Shown here piece after piece: positions 58,752-64,000 of a stretch of DNA of 64,000 bases. The translations under genes and the position numbers were made by a program. A model generated the notes under the pieces. It did not search any database, was not told where the DNA came from, and worked only from the letters and a program-made list of their open reading frames with translations. The number at the start of each line of letters is the position of its first letter. Position 1 is the first letter of the stretch. Origin of the DNA: a virus; IMG/VR virus record IMGVR_UViG_3300020465_000011, positions 4,482 to 68,481 of that record. One strand, given 5' to 3'.

Positions 58752-59248
58752 GCATAGTACCAATTGGTTGGCCAGAAGTTAAACAAATTTGGTCAGAACA
58801 TCTTTGGCCTGATAGAAAAGATATTAATCGTATGAGTAGCATGTCTGACGCTCATAATTTAGATAAAAATATATTTAAAGCCAAGTACAATACTTCTGAA
58901 AGTAATTATCAACCTTATTTTTTTGGTTGTAGAATAGATAATATATTAGTTGGTGTAAACAGCGGACATCAAACTTCAGATACACATTTTAGAAGTAGAG
59001 GTTTATTTGTATTACCAAATTATAGAAGGTTAAATATTGGTACAGAATTACTACTTGCTACAATAAAAAAAGCACAACAACAAAAATGTAAAATTATATG
59101 GACAATGCCACGCAAGACTGCACTGGCAACATATGAAAATGTAGGTTTTATTAAAAAGAGTGATTGGTTTAAAACTGAAACAGTTTTAGATAGAAGAATT
59201 AAATTACTTGAAGCAAATTGCTACGCCGAAAGGAAGTTAGATGAATAG
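58748..59248 (+). CDS. GNAT family N-acetyltransferase
   Basis: RGLFVLPNYRRLNIGTELL, YENVGF. Confidence 0.88.
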   Translation: MSIVPIGWPEVKQIWSEHLWPDRKDINRMSSMSDAHNLDKNIFKAKYNTSESNYQPYFFGCRIDNILVGVNSGHQTSDTHFRSRGLFVLPNYRRLNIGTELLLATIKKAQQQKCKIIWTMPRKTALATYENVGFIKKSDWFKTETVLDRRIKLLEANCYAERKLDE

Positions 59249-60206
59249 AAAAGAATATCAACGTTATTTTTTAGAAAAAGAATTATTTGAGCAGTCTGCT
59301 CAGCACACAGATATGGACTTTGAAGATTATTATCCAGAACAACCACTAGAAGCATATTGGGATTCTCGTTGGTATGGTGGAGATAATGAATACTACTTTG
59401 ATAAGTTTGAAGAACAAGGTTGGATAGGCTGTCAAGGTATGGACTATAAATTAGATCATATTAAACAAGATCGTGTATGGACTAAACAAGAAGTGCATTA
59501 TAGTTTAGACAAACATGGATTTAGACACAACGTATCACGTAAAGATTATTCTGCAGAAATTCGTGTATTACATGCAGGACAATGTAGTACGTTTGGTATG
59601 GGTATTCCTTACGAATCATGCTATCCTGCTAGAACACACGGATCACATGTTAACATATCTCCATATCATAGTTTAATGAATATGTGGGAACCTGTTAAAC
59701 AATGGGCAGATGAATATAAACCTACACATATTATAATGACTAATCCACGCTTCTTTACAGAAAGTGATTATATGTATTTGCATCTATTTGAACAAAACAG
59801 GCATCGCAATGACGCAGAGTATTGGCGTAGAGCCATCGCGGCAATGTATATGGAGACTAATAGATCTTATACTGAAATATTTTTAGATGGACTAAACAGT
59901 TTTGGTATACCTGTATTATTTTGTTGGGAACCTAGTAGAATGTGGCGACATAGATGGATACGTCATTTAAAGCCTAGGAAAAATATCACTTATTGGCCAG
60001 AAACTTTTCGTTGGGTAGTAGATCTAGCACGTGATTGTAGACGTCCAGGATTAAAGTCACATGCAAATTGTGCATCTAGAATGAATGTATGGCTAGAAAA
60101 TCCTAAGCCTTACTTAGGACAATATTGGATTGACAATAAATGGGATTATCCATATAAGAGTGGCGAAGTATACGATATAGAAGATATGTGTCCGTCTATA
60201 CCTTAG
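59241..60206 (+). CDS. Degenerate SGNH-like protein
   Basis: [26 protein letters not shown] (His of DxxH replaced). Confidence 0.5.
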   Translation: MNRKEYQRYFLEKELFEQSAQHTDMDFEDYYPEQPLEAYWDSRWYGGDNEYYFDKFEEQGWIGCQGMDYKLDHIKQDRVWTKQEVHYSLDKHGFRHNVSRKDYSAEIRVLHAGQCSTFGMGIPYESCYPARTHGSHVNISPYHSLMNMWEPVKQWADEYKPTHIIMTNPRFFTESDYMYLHLFEQNRHRNDAEYWRRAIAAMYMETNRSYTEIFLDGLNSFGIPVLFCWEPSRMWRHRWIRHLKPRKNITYWPETFRWVVDLARDCRRPGLKSHANCASRMNVWLENPKPYLGQYWIDNKWDYPYKSGEVYDIEDMCPSIP

Positions 60207-60954
60207 TAGCCCAAACGTATTTTATCCACCAACCAACAGGATCAAACTGCCACCACTTTTCTTGTGTGGTATAACTACTAGCTCTATAGTGATGATTGTT
60301 ATGCCAACCCTCTCCTAAACTTAATAATGCTAGAACAGGATTGTTTGTGCTATGATCCTTGCTTTCATGATCTTGCCAACCCCATAAGTGATTCATAATA
60401 GCATTGCCACCTATACCTGCTATGTAAGTGTATATACAAGGAAATGCAAAAAGCACACCGGCTAGAACAGGGTGTATAATAGCAGAAACTATTAATGCAC
60501 CGGTGTATAATTTAAAATAATGTCTTTGTATAAATTTAAGCTGTTTGTGTCTTAAAACATCTCTTATTAATTTAGGGGAAGTTTCAAATGTATTATAATA
60601 ACCAAGTATTAAAGTCCACCATGGTTGTTGATTGGGTGAGTGTGGATCCACATCTTTGTCGCTGTTAGCATGATGATATCTATGCATAGCAACAATAGTA
60701 ATAGGAGCACCAGTTACACTTAACATACCTAACCATGTCATTATACTTTCTCGTATAGGACCTGTTTCATAGCTTCGATGACTCCAATATCTGTGCCACC
60801 CTCCAAACGTTCCTACACCAATGGACCAAAGAGCCCAAACGACTCCAATCCAAAAGATATCCCATCTTCCATTAACTGAGCACCAATAAATTGTATAAAT
60901 TGTTAGTGAAAAGTTAATAAGCAGTAAGGATCTAATTTTTGCTCCGTAGCTCAT
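60196..60954 (-). CDS. Membrane fatty-acid (delta-9-like) desaturase
   Basis: His boxes [20 protein letters not shown]; DPHSP; TM segments. Confidence 0.92.
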   Translation of the reverse strand: MSYGAKIRSLLLINFSLTIYTIYWCSVNGRWDIFWIGVVWALWSIGVGTFGGWHRYWSHRSYETGPIRESIMTWLGMLSVTGAPITIVAMHRYHHANSDKDVDPHSPNQQPWWTLILGYYNTFETSPKLIRDVLRHKQLKFIQRHYFKLYTGALIVSAIIHPVLAGVLFAFPCIYTYIAGIGGNAIMNHLWGWQDHESKDHSTNNPVLALLSLGEGWHNNHHYRASSYTTQEKWWQFDPVGWWIKYVWATKV

Positions 60955-61262
60955 GCACCTGCTTCAAATTCTGCTTCAGTAACTGTTATAATATTCATTT
61001 GCATTTTAAAATTATAGCCAGATGATGCTTCGTTTGCAAGGATACTATCCCATGATGTATCATCTGGTACTGCTCCTTTGCAATATACAGCGTTTCCTGC
61101 TGTAGCAAGTTTGTATTCCATAGACTCGATTATATTTGAGTCTATTTGTGTTTGTATGAAAGTCCTCATATCATTGTTTGGATCAACATCGGCAAAGTAT
61201 GCATCAACATTAGCATAAGGTCCGACTCCTAAACATTTTCTATAATAATTAATTGCTGGCAT
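60951..61262 (-). CDS. Hypothetical protein
   Basis: AGGAG RBS; ATGA overlap with desaturase. Confidence 0.6.
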   Translation of the reverse strand: MPAINYYRKCLGVGPYANVDAYFADVDPNNDMRTFIQTQIDSNIIESMEYKLATAGNAVYCKGAVPDDTSWDSILANEASSGYNFKMQMNIITVTEAEFEAGA

Positions 61263-61280
61263 GTGGTCTACTCCTATTAG

Positions 61281-61286
61281 TATTTA
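61281..61286 (-). promoter_or_regulatory. TAAATA late-promoter motif
   Basis: TATTTA on + strand upstream of the 61262/desaturase pair. Confidence 0.4.
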
Positions 61287-61739
61287 GTATAAATTTTTAG
61301 TCCAATGTTTTGTGGGTTTGGTATAGTTTTGTCGACCTTGCCCTTGACTTGGACCTCTTTGTCCAAAATGATGATCTAACATTACAGCAAGTCCTGCTGG
61401 TTTTAAATCCATTTTGCTTTCCTTGTTATAACCGCTCTTACGGCTAACTTCTGTATGACTTAGTAACATATCCATAATTGTAATGTGTTTACTTTTTGGC
61501 TTGGGCATTTTGTTTAAACTGTAACCACCAAACACAGCAATACGAATGTTTTCATTGAACTGCCAAAGTTCTATTGCTTCTAGATATGTTTCTTCTATAC
61601 TAGGTAAAGTTTTGTCTGCTGTCATTATCACACAATCAGGATAATAGGGATAGACAGTTTTTAAAAAATGCTGTGCATGTTTGTATTCAGGCAACAGTAC
61701 AAAATTTTTACTCGGTATCGTGTATTTTACTTTTTTCAA
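61284..61739 (-). CDS. Hypothetical protein
   Basis: TTG at 61739 is the likely start, minimising overlap with the upstream gene. Confidence 0.5.
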   Translation of the reverse strand: MKKVKYTIPSKNFVLLPEYKHAQHFLKTVYPYYPDCVIMTADKTLPSIEETYLEAIELWQFNENIRIAVFGGYSLNKMPKPKSKHITIMDMLLSHTEVSRKSGYNKESKMDLKPAGLAVMLDHHFGQRGPSQGQGRQNYTKPTKHWTKNLY

Positions 61740-61971
61740 GTAATTTCTTCTTTTCTTCTTGTTCAATCCATTTTTCACGAAAGTCATACACATTGTCTGA
61801 CTTTATTAGACTGATAATTGAGTTTGTCAAGTCTACTTCTCTACTCAGTATACTAATTTTTTTAGTTAGTTTAAGTAGTTCCTCTTGATAAAAATCTAAT
61901 TCTTTTTCTTTACGTAACTTTTGTTCTATAAATTCTGTTATTAATATTAATTTTGCGTCTTCATCGACCAT
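61708..61971 (-). CDS. Coiled-coil hypothetical protein
   Basis: Heptad-rich; AGGA RBS. Confidence 0.6.
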   Translation of the reverse strand: MVDEDAKLILITEFIEQKLRKEKELDFYQEELLKLTKKISILSREVDLTNSIISLIKSDNVYDFREKWIEQEEKKKLLEKSKIHDTE

Positions 61972-61972
61972 A

Positions 61973-62173
61973 TTAGTTTCCTACATCTTCTCCAAAACCT
62001 ACGCATATATAACCTTTATGATATTCGTACGAACCTGTTAAAAACATTTGTCTGCCTTCAGCCGCCATTTGGCAACTCGGTTTGTAATCATATCTTGCTT
62101 CTTCAGTTACACTAAATGTTCCATCTGCTTCTGCTGTAACCAACAGTAGCAACCACCATGTTATTTTGCCCAT
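61973..62173 (-). CDS. Small secreted/membrane hypothetical protein
   Basis: N-terminal hydrophobic stretch, two Cys. Confidence 0.55.
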   Translation of the reverse strand: MGKITWWLLLLVTAEADGTFSVTEEARYDYKPSCQMAAEGRQMFLTGSYEYHKGYICVGFGEDVGN

Positions 62174-62175
62174 CT

Positions 62176-63570
62176 CTATTCACACTTAATTCCTAATCCT
62201 CGCACCTGATAATTCCAGGCACTCCGTGCAAATGGTCCTTTGCCTTCATAGGCACGTCTATACAACCATTTCTCACAACCATGTTTTTCTCTTTCACTAT
62301 AGTCTAATCCTAACGTATATTCCATAACAAAATAATCTGCTAATGGATGTATATACCTTCTTGCTGAATCAGTACTATATCCACGGAGTCTGAACACTTT
62401 GTGGTGTAAGCTACCTACGTTAACTAAACAGTTACGTTGATATTGTTTATTTGTGCTTGTCCAAAAACCCCAACGGTCTAGCGTTTCCTTAACATCATCT
62501 ACTATACGTTTCCAAGCCATTTCTGCCATAACCTCATCACGTTCGAACTGATCGCTAAAGCTACTGCAATTAAGTGTTGTAGTTTTAAAGTTTTCAACAT
62601 GACTACACATCATGCTGGCTATTTCTTCTACTTTCCACTCGTTATACTTGTTTACGTAGTAGCTTAGGCGTTTACCAGCCTCTCCATAACTAATTATGTT
62701 TCCAACTTCACCAGTTATTATTGTGCCGTCTATTTTGTGTCTATTAAGTGTTTGATGCTTAACTAGCCATGCACTATCATTGAATTCATAATGAATTGGT
62801 GGATCATATGCAGGTGGCTTTATATTAGCATTAATATTTACAGGTGCAATATCTAACATTTCTGCATTGAAGAGTGCATCTTGGAATTCATTGTGTTTGC
62901 CTTTTTTATGTGTTATAGTGTAAAATTCTATATTCTTATGATATCCTAATTGTGCCAATGCACTAGCAACAACGGCACTATCTCTACCACTACTAAAAAG
63001 CATATTAATAGGCTGATCATAACCGCCCAATCTACGATCATAAATTTTCTTTAAATTTTTATCTAATAGTTCTTTATATAGGTCACCGTCCCATGCATAT
63101 CCACGTGGTTTTGCTATGTCGCTGTATCTATGCTGTACACCATTGTGTACATAATGTTCTGGTTTAACTGTAAGTATATCATCATATGGTGTATGTTCAC
63201 CTATAGCATAACAAAAACCAAACATAGAACGCTGTAATTCATACACACCATTTTTAACTTTATGTACATAATATTGTTCCTTCATTGGGTTTGAAATGTC
63301 TTTTAACCATTCAGTTAAACTGTGAAAAATTTTATTTGAATCTGTATAAAAGATAGGAGTTTCAGCTACATGATTAACACAAGCCCACCAATCATCATCT
63401 GTATAGTATACAAATGCAAAAGAACCACGTAGCTCAATAGGAAATATACCTTGACGTAAACTTTCATAGACCATACCAGGTGATAAGTTTGCATCTCCCC
63501 ACCAATAAAAATCTCTATAAAGTTCTTCAAATTTGCTATGTTGATTTATGAATATCATATGATTTGTCAT
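62176..63570 (-). CDS. Asparagine synthetase-like ATP-dependent ligase
   Basis: LRGSFAFV, PIFY, LFSSGRDS (PP-loop), ITGEVG, HPLAD, KWLYR. Confidence 0.75.
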   Translation of the reverse strand: MTNHMIFINQHSKFEELYRDFYWWGDANLSPGMVYESLRQGIFPIELRGSFAFVYYTDDDWWACVNHVAETPIFYTDSNKIFHSLTEWLKDISNPMKEQYYVHKVKNGVYELQRSMFGFCYAIGEHTPYDDILTVKPEHYVHNGVQHRYSDIAKPRGYAWDGDLYKELLDKNLKKIYDRRLGGYDQPINMLFSSGRDSAVVASALAQLGYHKNIEFYTITHKKGKHNEFQDALFNAEMLDIAPVNINANIKPPAYDPPIHYEFNDSAWLVKHQTLNRHKIDGTIITGEVGNIISYGEAGKRLSYYVNKYNEWKVEEIASMMCSHVENFKTTTLNCSSFSDQFERDEVMAEMAWKRIVDDVKETLDRWGFWTSTNKQYQRNCLVNVGSLHHKVFRLRGYSTDSARRYIHPLADYFVMEYTLGLDYSEREKHGCEKWLYRRAYEGKGPFARSAWNYQVRGLGIKCE

Positions 63571-64000
63571 CTGGCCACAGTGGTAATTTTGTACCAGGTG
63601 CTCGTTTAGGTATTTTACTATCTGCTGAACTCACACAACTTTTACTAATACAAGGCATCGGTGTATCAAATAACTTAAAGCCTGTTTCTATGTTGCCAAG
63701 CGGAACATCCGCACAACTATAGGAACGTTTGATGCTTCCGTCAGGCTCTCTGATAATAATACTGCGATATCCTGCACTACATTCCCAACCTTCAAACTTG
63801 TTAAAATTAAATGCATTAAATCTCTCTGCTTGGTCCATATACCACGGATCGCCGTTGGCATCTTTAAATTCTATTTGCATGTTCCATGGAACACTTTTAT
63901 CGTCCCGCTTATCTATTTCTGTGGGAATTTGAAACTGTGGTCTTGGACGGTCACTCCAAACAGCTTTCGTGTCGGTGTAGGCTCTTTGCGGCATTCCGTT
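63536..64000 (-). CDS. C-terminal part of a radical SAM/SPASM-type protein (truncated by window edge)
   Basis: F.GWECSAG..SIII..DG...RSYSC...LGNI...CISKSCVSSAD; frame stays open to the edge. Confidence 0.7.
   Translation of the reverse strand, partial: NGMPQRAYTDTKAVWSDRPRPQFQIPTEIDKRDDKSVPWNMQIEFKDANGDPWYMDQAERFNAFNFNKFEGWECSAGYRSIIIREPDGSIKRSYSCADVPLGNIETGFKLFDTPMPCISKSCVSSADSKIPKRAPGTKLPLWPDDKSYDIHKST

Larger units (their letters stand above)
1..64000. other. Segment of a large T4-like/jumbo myophage genome (baseplate-tail module followed by a modification-enzyme island)
   Basis: gp53/gp5/gp25/gp6-like gene order, giant virion protein, overlapping start/stop codons, TAAATA late-promoter motifs, no cellular housekeeping genes. 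Confidence 0.9.

Noticed and set aside
1-64000. CRISPR array, tRNA/rRNA genes, DGR, introns/inteins
   Set aside because: Intergenic gaps are tiny; no spaced direct repeats, cloverleafs, reverse transcriptase or splice motifs seen by eye
1-64000. Alternative genetic code or selenocysteine recoding
   Set aside because: TAA, TAG and TGA all end genes with tight coupling to the next start, and coding density is high under the standard code
27350-64000. DNA base hypermodification cluster as the main explanation
   Set aside because: No base-pathway or polymerase genes in the window; late promoters, tail adjacency and restriction-site avoidance argue against it. Not fully excluded

Overview
AT-rich, gene-dense segment of what appears to be a large T4-like (myovirus/jumbo-type) phage genome, probably aquatic with a proteobacterial host (inference). 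Positions 1-27.3 kb hold a contractile-tail baseplate and fibre module: gp53-like, hub with lysozyme, gp5-like spike, gp25, gp6, a 4702-aa mosaic wedge/fibre protein, and tail fibres. Positions 27.3-64 kb hold a roughly 37-kb block of tailoring enzymes. It includes eight radical SAM enzymes plus a partial ninth (six with an N-terminal twitch Fe-S domain, one fused to a 2OG-Fe(II) oxygenase), five glycosyltransferase-like proteins and six methyltransferases. It also includes a CMP-sugar synthetase, an epimerase, a PhyH dioxygenase, a carbamoyltransferase, a GNAT, two SGNH proteins, a desaturase, an Asn-synthetase-like ligase and a free-standing NHLP-leader-like protein. Notable non-gene signals are near-total avoidance of GCWGC (visible in Ala-Ala codon pairs), TAAATA late-promoter motifs in leaderless position shared by structural and radical SAM genes, and nested domain insertions in the giant protein. 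All family calls come from motif recognition by eye; no database searches were run.
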